Positions 7,538-16,545 of a DNA stretch of 18,009 nucleotides are shown piece by piece. Within the stretch, counting starts at the first letter, position 1. Each line of letters begins with the position of its first letter. Under the pieces are notes generated by a model. The model had not been told where the DNA came from, searched no databases, and saw nothing but the letters and a program-made list of their open reading frames with translations. The position numbers were made by a program, and so were the translations under genes. The stretch lies in contig JAVRLY010000015.1 of NCBI GenBank assembly GCA_031960885.1, forward strand, positions 1 to 18,009. Direction: 5' to 3'. The stretch is from Desulfurella sp. (GTDB taxonomy: Bacteria; Campylobacterota_A; Desulfurellia; Desulfurellales; Desulfurellaceae).

Positions 7538-8303
7538 TTGCTTCACCTAAATATGCACTAATTACTTTTGGATTTTTTTGAATTTCTTCTGGTGTACCTT
7601 CTGCTATCTTTGCACCATAATCTAGCACATAAATTTTCTGACATATTCCCATAACGAATTTCATATCATGTTCTATTAAAAATACAGTTAAATTAAAACT
7701 ATCTTTTATTTCTTTAATAAAGTACAATAGGGCAATTTTTTCATTAGGGTTCATGCCAGCTGCAGGTTCATCTAAGAGTAATAATTTTGGAGATGTGGCT
7801 AACGCTCTTGCAATTTCAACTTTTCTTTGTTCGCCATATGAAAGACCGGTGGCTTTTAAATGGGCTTTTTCTTTTAAGTTAATTTTTTCTAACAACTCGT
7901 ATGCTTTATTTTTTGTTTCTTTTTCTTGTTTTAAAAAACGTGGTGTTTTTAAAATAGGCTCAAATAGCTTGTACTTAACTTTGTTAGCAAAACCAATCAT
8001 TATGTTTTCAAGAACTGTTAAGTTTTCAAATAATCGAATATTTTGAAATGTTCTTGCCATACCGATTGGGACAATTTTATATGGTTTATAGCCCGTTATA
8101 TCTTTTCCCTCAAATATAACCTTACCCATAGTTGGTTTAAGGTTACATGTAACAACATTAAACATAGTGGTTTTTCCAGCGCCATTTGGGCCTATCAAAC
8201 CAGTTATACTTGATTTTACAACATTTAATGAAATATCGTTTAGTGCGACTAATCCACCAAATTTCATTGTGATATGTTCGCAAGATAATATATTATTTTC
8301 CAT
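7524..8303 (-). CDS. livG: HAAT ABC transporter ATP-binding subunit LivG
   Basis: FGGL, GPNGAGKTT, ARTFQNIRLF, LSYGEQR, LLDEPAAGMN, IEHDM, AYLG. ATG 8303 (MENNIL) preferred over GTG 8315. Confidence 0.93.
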   Translation of the reverse strand: MENNILSCEHITMKFGGLVALNDISLNVVKSSITGLIGPNGAGKTTMFNVVTCNLKPTMGKVIFEGKDITGYKPYKIVPIGMARTFQNIRLFENLTVLENIMIGFANKVKYKLFEPILKTPRFLKQEKETKNKAYELLEKINLKEKAHLKATGLSYGEQRKVEIARALATSPKLLLLDEPAAGMNPNEKIALLYFIKEIKDSFNLTVFLIEHDMKFVMGICQKIYVLDYGAKIAEGTPEEIQKNPKVISAYLGEANVKN

Positions 8304-9333
8304 TTTTTGTGCCACCTTTTATAACACTAAATAGCCACTCCCATGAAAATTCTTTTTTGCCCATTATGCCTTCTCTTGCAAAAAGCATAGTAAATATTAA
8401 CAATAACGAGAATATAATCATCCTTAAGCCTGGTATACCAGGAATAGTAAAGTTAAATATATGCATAGGTTGGTCAAAAACCCTTAATAACTCAGAACCC
8501 CATACAATAACTATTGTAGAAATTACAGTGCCTGTAATGCTTCCAAGACCACCCATGACTATTATAACAAGAAGGTTGAAAGTTAAGAAGAAAGAAAAAA
8601 GCGTAGGGGATATAGTTGTAATTAAATGTGCAAGCAAACCGCCTGCAACGCCTTGAAAGAAAGCTCCAACAATAAACGCAATCATTTTCATCTTAAATGT
8701 ATTTATACCCATAGCAATCGCTGCATCTTCGTCATCTCTTATAGCTTTCATAGCTCTGCCGTAACTGGAATTTATTATGCTCATAACCACAAAGATTGTG
8801 AATACAAGCCAACCATAACTCCACCAAATATTTGTATAGTTTGATATACCTTTTAGGCCTAGCGGGCCATTTGTTATTGTTATGGCGTTATTTGCAACAA
8901 TATCTATAACTATGCCAAAACCTAATGTTATGATAGCTAGATAATCTCCCCTTGTTCTAAATACAGGAAATCCTAAAATAAAACCAAAAAATGCTGTAAC
9001 TAAACCCGCTACTATTAAAGCTGGCAAAAAAGATAAATGGATAGAGCCTAAGATAGGCATAATTGGGTCAATTATAAACATTGCTTGCTTTTGAGCTGGT
9101 GTAAGACTTAAAAGCGCAGCTGTATATGCACCAACTGCTGCAAATCCGTTTGGTGCAAGAGAAAACTGACCTGTTACACCATTAATGAGATTATAACTAA
9201 CAGCTAATATCATAGTTATCGCTGTGTCATTTAGGATAATTATGATATATTGATTAAAATTGTGACTTGCATAATATAAAAAAACGAACAGTAAAATTAT
9301 ACTAAAAATTGTTAATATTACATTCCTATTCAT
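8293..9333 (-). CDS. livM: HAAT ABC transporter permease LivM
   Basis: NLINGVTGQFSL, RGDYLAIITLGFG, GRAMKAIRDDEDAA, MGGLGSITG motifs and operon position. Confidence 0.93.
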   Translation of the reverse strand: MNRNVILTIFSIILLFVFLYYASHNFNQYIIIILNDTAITMILAVSYNLINGVTGQFSLAPNGFAAVGAYTAALLSLTPAQKQAMFIIDPIMPILGSIHLSFLPALIVAGLVTAFFGFILGFPVFRTRGDYLAIITLGFGIVIDIVANNAITITNGPLGLKGISNYTNIWWSYGWLVFTIFVVMSIINSSYGRAMKAIRDDEDAAIAMGINTFKMKMIAFIVGAFFQGVAGGLLAHLITTISPTLFSFFLTFNLLVIIVMGGLGSITGTVISTIVIVWGSELLRVFDQPMHIFNFTIPGIPGLRMIIFSLLLIFTMLFAREGIMGKKEFSWEWLFSVIKGGTKNGK

Positions 9334-9334
9334 A

Positions 9335-10228
9335 TTAAAATCTCTTCCTTTCTAATTCTTTTCCCATTATTCCAGTTGGTTTAAATAAAAGCACAAGTAT
9401 CAATAGCAAAAAAGCAAAAGCATCTTTGTAACCTGCTAAACTTGGGAAAAAGGCAACAATTAGAACTTCTGATATACCAAGGACTAGTCCGCCAATTGCG
9501 GCACCAGCTACATCTCCGATACCACCTAAAACTGCAGCAGCAAATGCTTTAAGGCCTGGCATAATACCCATTAAAGGGTTTATAGAAGGGTATTGTGTAG
9601 ACCATAGTATACCACCTACAGCTGCTAAGGAAGAGCCAATAAAAAAAACTAACGAAATCACAATATCCACATTTATGCCCATTAAACTTGTAGTATCAAT
9701 GTCTAAAGCAATTGAACGCATGGCTATGCCATACTTTGTATTATGTAAAATATAGAGTAGCATGTATAAAAGGGCAAGGGCAATAATCGGAGTGTAAATA
9801 CTAACAACAGGTAAGTAAATTTGATTGTAATTTAGAGTTCCGTGAAAAATGGGTGCAATAGGGAAAGCCTTTGGCACACCGCCAAATAGTACTAAAAATA
9901 AATTTTCAAGGAAAAAAGACACGCCAACAGCTGTAATTAGCAAAGAAACACGACTTGCATTTCTAATGGGTCTATAAGCTAATCGCTCCACTAAAACGCC
10001 AACTAAACCTGTTATAATAATTGCGGTTATAAAAGAAGCCCACCACGGTAACATAAATGCACTAATCCCAAAAAATGCTAGATAAGTACCTACCATCAAA
10101 ATATCACCGTGTGCAAAGTTTATCATCCGTAAAACGCCATATATCATTGTATAGCCAATAGCAACAAGCGCGTAGAGACTGCCTGCAGAAATTCCATTAA
10201 TTAATTGTTGGAGAATGGTCGTTAACAT
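9335..10228 (-). CDS. livH: HAAT ABC transporter permease LivH
   Basis: QQLINGI, YALVAIGYTMIYGVLRMINFAHG, GLKAFAAAVLGGIG, KPTGIMG motifs. Confidence 0.94.
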   Translation of the reverse strand: MLTTILQQLINGISAGSLYALVAIGYTMIYGVLRMINFAHGDILMVGTYLAFFGISAFMLPWWASFITAIIITGLVGVLVERLAYRPIRNASRVSLLITAVGVSFFLENLFLVLFGGVPKAFPIAPIFHGTLNYNQIYLPVVSIYTPIIALALLYMLLYILHNTKYGIAMRSIALDIDTTSLMGINVDIVISLVFFIGSSLAAVGGILWSTQYPSINPLMGIMPGLKAFAAAVLGGIGDVAGAAIGGLVLGISEVLIVAFFPSLAGYKDAFAFLLLILVLLFKPTGIMGKELERKRF

Positions 10229-10261
10229 TTATTTAGCCATCCTTTTGGAAAATTTAAGTTT

Positions 10262-10289
10262 AAAAAGGGAGCAATAGAAATTGCTCCCT
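10262..10289 (-). terminator. Intrinsic terminator/stabilising hairpin between livK and livH
   Basis: Perfect 10-bp stem AGGGAGCAAT (10266-10275) / ATTGCTCCCT (10280-10289) with a 4-nt loop, followed by a short T-run on the minus strand. Lies 15 nt after the livK stop. Confidence 0.85.
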
Positions 10290-10304
10290 AACATTGATTG
10301 AAAT

Positions 10305-11441
10305 TTATGGATTGATTGATGTAACATATACAAACTTAGAGTTTTCTACCTTTTCAATAACAGCTGGTTTTATAGCATCACCATTAACAAGCGTAATATT
10401 GCCTGTTACACCTTGGAAGTTTTTGGTTTCTCTAATAGCTGTATTAATTTTAATTGGGTTATCTGATTTAGCTCTATCTATTGCGTTAACTAACATAAAA
10501 TAAGAATCCGCTGCTAAAGCTGCAAAATTACTAGGCAATTTCTTATACTTTGCTTTATATGCGGCTTCAAATTTCTTACCCAAAGCAGTTTTTATAGCTT
10601 CTGGAGCAAAACCTGTTGTAAATGTTAAACCATTTACAGCTTTCCCGCCAACTTTAATCAAAGCTTTTTCATCTGCACCATCGCCAGCAAGTATTGTTTT
10701 ATTTAGCCCAAACTCCCTTGCTTGTCTAGCAAATAGTGCAATTTCTTGATAATAGCATGGCATATAGATAATTTGTGGGTTAGCTGGTTTTATAGCAGCA
10801 ATTTGAGCTGAAAAGTTACTTTCTCCTGTTTGTATAAATGTCTTAGCTACAATTTTACCGCCTAGTTTTTTGAAATTTTCTTCAAAGAATTTTGCAAGGC
10901 CAACTGAATAATCTTGTGCTGAGTCGATCACTATTGCGGCAGTTTTTACATGTAAATTTTTGATAGCATAAATTGCTGCAACTTTACCCTGAAATGGATC
11001 AATAAAACAAGCCCTAGAAATGTATTTTTTGCCTTGAGTTAATAAAGGGTCTGTACCTGTAGGAGTGATTAATGGTATTTTTGCTTTTTCTACAATTGGT
11101 GTAGCAGACATAACATTGCCAGAGATTAAAGGGCCAATAATAGCATCAACCTTGTTGTCATATACAAGTTTGCTAACTGTATTTGCAGCTTGTACTTTGT
11201 CACCTTGATTATCAACTAGTATAAGGTCAATTTTTTTTTCCAAAGCGGTAGGCATGATTTCTTTAGCTACTTGCAGGCCTTTCCATGCGCTTTGGCCAAA
11301 AGCAGCAACAGGTCCAGTCATTGGAAAATCAACGCCAACTTTAATATCATTGCTAGCTGCAAATACCTTACAGATGCTAAATCCAACAGTTAATAAAGCC
11401 AAAAATGCAAGAAAAACTGTTTTAAACAGCGTACGTTTCAT
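10305..11441 (-). CDS. livK: Periplasmic branched-chain amino acid-binding protein (LivJ/LivK family)
   Basis: Sec signal peptide (MKRTLFK, hydrophobic core, VFA-A), IKVGVDFPMTGPVAAFGQ, RACFIDPFQG, FQGVTGNIT. SD AGGGGG precedes the ATG. The exact ligand cannot be determined. Confidence 0.9.
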   Translation of the reverse strand: MKRTLFKTVFLAFLALLTVGFSICKVFAASNDIKVGVDFPMTGPVAAFGQSAWKGLQVAKEIMPTALEKKIDLILVDNQGDKVQAANTVSKLVYDNKVDAIIGPLISGNVMSATPIVEKAKIPLITPTGTDPLLTQGKKYISRACFIDPFQGKVAAIYAIKNLHVKTAAIVIDSAQDYSVGLAKFFEENFKKLGGKIVAKTFIQTGESNFSAQIAAIKPANPQIIYMPCYYQEIALFARQAREFGLNKTILAGDGADEKALIKVGGKAVNGLTFTTGFAPEAIKTALGKKFEAAYKAKYKKLPSNFAALAADSYFMLVNAIDRAKSDNPIKINTAIRETKNFQGVTGNITLVNGDAIKPAVIEKVENSKFVYVTSINP

Positions 11442-11469
11442 AAAAACCCCCTTAGATAAAATTATTTTA

Positions 11470-11498
11470 ATTATAATTTTTTATTTTTAAAATGTCAA
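11470..11498 (-). promoter_or_regulatory. Perfect-consensus sigma70 promoter for the liv operon
   Basis: TTGACA (11498-11493), 17-nt spacer, TATAAT (11475-11470), 28 nt upstream of ATG 11441. Confidence 0.85.
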
Positions 11499-11634
11499 AT
11501 TATTTAATATTAGCTACAAAATCAAATATTTTTAATTTGTTAGTAATTTTTTTATGCTCAATGTCGTTCTTATCAACAAAATTAAAAAATTATAATCCTT
11601 TCAATCAAAAATATTAGCATTTATTGAAAAATAT

Positions 11635-12615
11635 CTAAATAAATTTTAGCAAATAATAAATATAAGTTAATAAGTTTATACTAAATACAAACCCGTTAAT
11701 TTTTTTAAATGCAATAATCCAAAAGAGCATTAATGAAGCGTTAAATAATGTAATATAGGCACTAAGTAGTACGTATTGAGGTATGCTCCAGCTTGTTAAC
11801 AATATCCCAATACTTACTGGAAAGGTTGATTGAAAGACCATAGCACCACTAATATTACCGAAAGCCAAAATATCTTTATTCTTTAATGTCCATGTAAGAG
11901 AATTAATCTTTTCGGGCAGTTCTGTTGCAATAGGCGATATGAACAATGAAAACATTAATGGGTTAAAACCAAAAAATTGACTTAAAACCTTCAGTGCATT
12001 AACAAAAACATAAGCACCATATATAATAATTGCCAAAGCAACAATTAATTGAAAAAATCCAATTAGCACGTTTTCTTTTATTTTTAGATATTTAGAAACA
12101 TACAGTTTATCTTTAAAATCTAGTTTTGAGCTTCTGCCACTAAATGTCATATATAAGTATATCGCGTAAATGGATACTATAATAAAAGCTAATACACTTT
12201 TTAAGTGGATAAAGTATGTTGCTATAATTGCAATAGAGTAAGAGATTAAAAAAAATATTAAATCTCGTTTTGCAGATTTTTTTTCTATATTTACACTAAA
12301 AGGGCCTTTTTTTAATAGGTATCTTACACTCAATCCTATACCTATCATCAAAAACCCAAGTGTTGAAAGCATAAATGGTGCTCCAAGTATAGCACCAACG
12401 CCAATCTCAAAAGCGGAATGCTCCAAAAAAAGTATTGCCACAATAGGCAATATGGTTTCTGGCAAAGCAGTTCCAACAGCAGCCAAAACAGAGCCAATTA
12501 CTGCTTGAGAAAGGTTTAGATTTGATCCGATATATTCTACAGAGTTTGTAAACAATTCACTTGCTATTACAATAAAGCAAATGCTAAGTATTAACAAAAA
12601 AACATAAACTACCAC
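11635..12615 (-). CDS. Sodium:calcium antiporter (CaCA/YrbG-like) family membrane protein
   Basis: Two alpha-repeats (AVGTALPE...GAILGAP and PIATELPE...GNISGAMVFQ) and about 10 TM segments. Confidence 0.88.
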   Translation of the reverse strand: MVVYVFLLILSICFIVIASELFTNSVEYIGSNLNLSQAVIGSVLAAVGTALPETILPIVAILFLEHSAFEIGVGAILGAPFMLSTLGFLMIGIGLSVRYLLKKGPFSVNIEKKSAKRDLIFFLISYSIAIIATYFIHLKSVLAFIIVSIYAIYLYMTFSGRSSKLDFKDKLYVSKYLKIKENVLIGFFQLIVALAIIIYGAYVFVNALKVLSQFFGFNPLMFSLFISPIATELPEKINSLTWTLKNKDILAFGNISGAMVFQSTFPVSIGILLTSWSIPQYVLLSAYITLFNASLMLFWIIAFKKINGFVFSINLLTYIYYLLKFI

Positions 12616-12621
12616 AATTTT

Positions 12622-12650
12622 ATACTATCATATATGCTTATTTTGTGCAA
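12622..12650 (-). promoter_or_regulatory. Putative sigma70 promoter giving a leaderless transcript for the CaCA gene
   Basis: TTGCAC (12650-12645), 17-nt spacer ending in TGA, TAGTAT (12627-12622), 6 nt, then GTG 12615. No SD. Confidence 0.65.
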
Positions 12651-12660
12651 ATTGATGTGT

Positions 12661-13860
12661 TTATTGGTCTGGAAAATTAAGGTTTTTAAAAACTTTTTTG
12701 TAGAGCACTAAGTATAAGGCTTGAAAAAAAGCGGCTATAAAAAATGGCATTTCAAATGAATTTGCATCGAGAAATACGCCGGTTATGTAAGGCCCAATTG
12801 ATCTTGGAAATTGCATTGAAGCTGAGTTAAGGCTAACGGCAAAACCTCTTCTTTTGTCCCTAACCAAACTAACAGTAAGCGCTTGTCTTGCGCCAGCTGA
12901 ACTTCTATTGAAGATTTGATGAAAAATGTAAAAAATTGATGCCAAAGAATATGTTGGCGCTATTGGTAGCAAAATAAGGAATAAAAGGCCAATAAGCCTT
13001 TGAGCAAAAACAGAGTTCACAATGCCAAAACGCATAGATAGTTTGCCTGTGTAAAAAGATAATATAGCGCTAAGTAAAAAAGTTACTGAAAATACTGGAG
13101 CAATAAATTTTGCGCCAACACCAAACCTTACGGCAAACCAATAAGCAATTAAAGGCCCTTTTAGGCCTATTGCTAGTCCGTTTATGCTGTTTAGTCCAAT
13201 TAGCTTTATCAAATTGAGATTTTCTTTTTTATTAATATCTTGTGTTTGTTGATCTAAAGTTTTTTGTGTGAATTTTGGTTTATAGTTTTCTTCTACTTTA
13301 AGCAATAAAAATAAACTTATGCTAGCCAATACACATATGACTACAAACAGTAACTTATACTCGAAATTTTTGATAGTAAATGTGAAAATAGAAAAAATCA
13401 TAGCCAATATTGAACCGATAGACATGCCTAAAAAACCCAAAGCAGTATTTAGGCTAAATACCATGCCACGCTTGCTGGGTTGAATTTTTTCAGCCAAAAG
13501 CGCCTGTTCTGCTGGAGAAAAAGGTCCTGCAGCGCCATTTGCCCCAAGCCCGAAAGTTCCTAGTGCGCTTAACAAAGCAATAATATAGATATTGTTTGCA
13601 AAGAGCATTCCTATACTTGCAAACCCTAAAGCTACTGTATACACTACCAAAAAAGGTTTTCGCCTTGTTTTGTCGCTAGCAACTCCAATAAATAAACTTC
13701 CAAAAGCACCAAACAAACTTACGAATGTATAAACTAGTCCTATTGTTATTGCACCATAGCCGCAGGCTTTCAGGTAAAGCGCAAAGTCAACAACTAAGAG
13801 TCCTTGTCCAATGCTTCTTAAAAATCTAATATAAAGCAAGTACTTTGTATTTTTATCCAT
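12661..13860 (-). CDS. Major facilitator superfamily transporter
   Basis: 399 aa, about 12 TM segments. Motif A-like GVASDKTRRK and GKLSMRFG, plus GAAGPFSPAEQALLA and KRRGFA. Confidence 0.9.
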   Translation of the reverse strand: MDKNTKYLLYIRFLRSIGQGLLVVDFALYLKACGYGAITIGLVYTFVSLFGAFGSLFIGVASDKTRRKPFLVVYTVALGFASIGMLFANNIYIIALLSALGTFGLGANGAAGPFSPAEQALLAEKIQPSKRGMVFSLNTALGFLGMSIGSILAMIFSIFTFTIKNFEYKLLFVVICVLASISLFLLLKVEENYKPKFTQKTLDQQTQDINKKENLNLIKLIGLNSINGLAIGLKGPLIAYWFAVRFGVGAKFIAPVFSVTFLLSAILSFYTGKLSMRFGIVNSVFAQRLIGLLFLILLPIAPTYSLASIFYIFHQIFNRSSAGARQALTVSLVRDKRRGFAVSLNSASMQFPRSIGPYITGVFLDANSFEMPFFIAAFFQALYLVLYKKVFKNLNFPDQ

Positions 13861-14611
13861 CTAAAAAACGCAAAGTTGGCTTTTTTGAAATTAAATTAAG
13901 CTTATAAGCGTAGTCGAAGAACAGTTCCATTGATTTAACTTTATTTTCGCTCATATCGTAAGATAAATTGTTTTTTAAATAATCATAAGCTTTGTTTATA
14001 TCATAATTATGCGTGTCACAAAAAGCTTCAGCAATTGTTTCAAGATTCTTTACGCCCCAATCTTTTGCCTTAAAAAATAAATCTATGTAATGTCTTTGGA
14101 TTTTGTGGTTAGCAATCCATAGAGCAAATACAAATGGGTATCCACTAAATTCATTCCATTCATAGGCTAAATCAATAACGTTTTCGCATGTATGTTCAAT
14201 CCTATACAATGCATTGTCGCCAATAACAAGTTCGCAATCAGCATCATTTTCTACATAATCAACATTCAATTTATACTTGTATGCAAATAGTATTTTTGTT
14301 AGCACAACAGATGTGTTTGAGTTTTTATCTAATTTGACAGTTTTGACTTTATCTAAAGGTTTTTTTAGAAATAAAGCTACACTTTTAACCTTATATTCGC
14401 TTGATATACAAACGTGTGGTATCAAATAATAATCTGACCTTGCATATTCAATAGATGGCGCTATAGCTACATCAACTTTTTTTTCAAATAACATTTTTGC
14501 ACAAACAGAAGGCATTTTCCTAATAAATTCAATATCGTTGTCCAAAATTTTATTTACAAGCGCAAAGTAGAGAGGGTAGGCATTTAAAAAATCAACCAAT
14601 GCGACTTTCAT
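13853..14611 (-). CDS. mqnA: Chorismate dehydratase MqnA (futalosine menaquinone pathway; MqnA/MqnD/SBP fold)
   Basis: FLNAYPL, CISS..VKSV.LF, SNTSVVL, LVIGDNAL, DLAYEW..SGYPFVFALW motifs, typical of MqnA rather than MqnD. Confidence 0.87.
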   Translation of the reverse strand: MKVALVDFLNAYPLYFALVNKILDNDIEFIRKMPSVCAKMLFEKKVDVAIAPSIEYARSDYYLIPHVCISSEYKVKSVALFLKKPLDKVKTVKLDKNSNTSVVLTKILFAYKYKLNVDYVENDADCELVIGDNALYRIEHTCENVIDLAYEWNEFSGYPFVFALWIANHKIQRHYIDLFFKAKDWGVKNLETIAEAFCDTHNYDINKAYDYLKNNLSYDMSENKVKSMELFFDYAYKLNLISKKPTLRFLDG

Positions 14612-14613
14612 AA

Positions 14614-15159
14614 TTACAATACTCCCTTTAATTGAATTATTTTAGAGCTAAACTCAAGTGAGCTCACGTACTTAAAAGTATTAAAAAGACTATCAGAATA
14701 AGCAAAAACACCATGTCCTTTTGCAACAACAATATTTGTTTTCAAATTGTTTAAAAAAAATTCTGCAATTGCGTCTTTTGCATTTTCCCAATTTTCTATA
14801 TCTAAAACGCAAACCTCCTTTAAAAGTAACTTTCCTTCATAGTCAATTGGTATAATTTGGGAGTATTTCATTGAAAGGGCTGTGGTGTATGGACTGTGTG
14901 CATGTACTATTGAATTAGCTTGTTCAACATTTTTGTAAATATTCATATGTAACTCAACTTCGCTTGATGCTGCATTCCAGCGCACATCTTTCTCAAAACC
15001 AATCTTAACTATGTCTTTACTTCTCAACCCAAAAAGTGATTTACCTGTTTTTGTTATCCAAACACCATCTTTGACTCTTGCACTCATATTGCCGCTTGAT
15101 GCACCAACCAGGCCCATCAAAAACATCATATCTCCTACTTTTTTAAATTCGCTTATCAT
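14614..15159 (-). CDS. Class II aldolase/adducin family protein (FucA/MtnB/DrdA-like)
   Basis: GNMSAR, ITKTG, ASSEVELH, IVHAHSPY (HxH) and KGHGV zinc-ligand pattern. ATG 15159 has AGGAG 5 nt upstream. Confidence 0.9.
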   Translation of the reverse strand: MISEFKKVGDMMFLMGLVGASSGNMSARVKDGVWITKTGKSLFGLRSKDIVKIGFEKDVRWNAASSEVELHMNIYKNVEQANSIVHAHSPYTTALSMKYSQIIPIDYEGKLLLKEVCVLDIENWENAKDAIAEFFLNNLKTNIVVAKGHGVFAYSDSLFNTFKYVSSLEFSSKIIQLKGVL

Positions 15160-15754
15160 ACTTTCTCCTATAAATAACATAAATAGATATTAAAACAATG
15201 GAAAATACAAATAAAATCAAACTAAATTTATGCATATAGTGTTTTAATAAATCTGGGTTTTTTCCAACAAAGAAGCCAATGAGTGTTAAACCTGCAGTAT
15301 AAATCAAAGCTCCAAGCGTAGTAAAAAGAACAAAAGCAAATACCCTCATTTTGGCTAATCCTGCAGGTATTGATATTAAATGCCTAATAGTTGGCAAAAG
15401 CCTTCCAATAAAAACGCTAATGGGTCCGTGTTTTTTAAAAAAAATAATCGTTTTTTTCAAGGCATGCTCTAGTTTGAATATTTTACTAAATTTTAAAACT
15501 ACCTTTAAGCCAAGTGTTTTAGAAATATAGTAATTAAACAAAGCTCCAAATAAACTACCCATTGTTCCAGTAAAAATTGCCATATATAAATTCATTTTAC
15601 CCATAGCTGCTAAATAACCAGCTGGTGGCATAACAAATTCTCCAGGTATTGGTACAATAGAGCTTTCCAAAAACATTAACAAAAATATGCCAATATAACC
15701 TGACGCTCCGATAGTATTTACTAAAAAATTAGCCAAATCAATTAAATAATTCAT
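15143..15754 (-). CDS. DedA family membrane protein
   Basis: LMFLESSIVPIPGEFVMPPAG and FIGRLLPTIRHLISIPAG motifs. Confidence 0.93.
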   Translation of the reverse strand: MNYLIDLANFLVNTIGASGYIGIFLLMFLESSIVPIPGEFVMPPAGYLAAMGKMNLYMAIFTGTMGSLFGALFNYYISKTLGLKVVLKFSKIFKLEHALKKTIIFFKKHGPISVFIGRLLPTIRHLISIPAGLAKMRVFAFVLFTTLGALIYTAGLTLIGFFVGKNPDLLKHYMHKFSLILFVFSIVLISIYVIYRRKYDKRI

Positions 15755-16545
15755 ATAACCCCTTTTTTTGCAGCTAGAAACAAGTACGCTTGAGCAACAC
15801 CAGCATATTGTCCATAATAATTTTTTCCAAACTCTTCAATAGTTCTTACATTTTGTTCATTACCATTGAAGTAAAGTTTTTCAATGATCCTTTTAATCCA
15901 AACATCAGTACAAAAAACCTCATAGCGTCTATATGCGCAAAGCAAAATGCAATCTGCGACTTTTGAACCTATACCTTTTATATTCATCAGCTCTTTTTTT
16001 GCTAAATATGTGTCTAATTTATATAAAGAATCAAAAAAGCCTTTATCTTTTCTTAACTCAGCAATATAGTTTTTTCTAAAACCCAAACCACAACTATCCA
16101 ACATCTTTTGTTCGAAATTTATTCCACAAGCGGGAAATGTATAACCAATATCGGTTTTTTTTCCATATACGGCCGATATTTTTTCAAGCATTAGTTTGAT
16201 GCGTTTAATATTATTGAAAGCAGAACACATAAATGATACAGTTGTTTCAAATGGATCTTGGGTTAAGATAATTAAACCTTCAAACGCTTTTATGGCTGTT
16301 TTAATGTATGAATCAATGGCTATCTGCCTTAATATTTCATCAAAGTCTATATCAAAAGAAAAGTAATTTTTAATAAAGTTTTCATCAACATTGTTGTAGT
16401 ATAGATAATCGTTTTCTACGTAAACATCAAATATAACATTAGAAAATATTCTATATGCGTTGTTTGTTTTTTGAACTCTAAATATTTGCCCACTTTCTAA
16501 TGTATGTTGCAAGTTAAGTTTAAATGGTATTTTTATTTTATTCAC
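15751..16545 (-). CDS. ogg: 8-oxoguanine DNA glycosylase/AP lyase, Ogg1-type (HhH-GPD superfamily)
   Basis: N-terminal TLESGQIFR (OGG_N-like), QDPFET..SF.CS..NNIKRI, GLGFR, HhH KGIGSKVADC (catalytic Lys), TDVW (catalytic Asp), YAGVAQAYLF. Start revised to GTG 16545, overlapping the dnaG stop (GTGAATAA). Confidence 0.87.
   Translation of the reverse strand: MNKIKIPFKLNLQHTLESGQIFRVQKTNNAYRIFSNVIFDVYVENDYLYYNNVDENFIKNYFSFDIDFDEILRQIAIDSYIKTAIKAFEGLIILTQDPFETTVSFMCSAFNNIKRIKLMLEKISAVYGKKTDIGYTFPACGINFEQKMLDSCGLGFRKNYIAELRKDKGFFDSLYKLDTYLAKKELMNIKGIGSKVADCILLCAYRRYEVFCTDVWIKRIIEKLYFNGNEQNVRTIEEFGKNYYGQYAGVAQAYLFLAAKKGVI

Noticed and set aside
7753..11490. Plus-strand ORFs 7753-8046, 8309-8656, 8626-8844, 10294-10503, 11254-11490
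   Set aside because: Antisense shadows of the well-supported liv genes.
11442..11634. T-box, riboswitch or leader-peptide attenuator upstream of the liv operon
   Set aside because: The predicted leader is only about 22 nt, and the region lacks GC-rich stems and a T-box motif.
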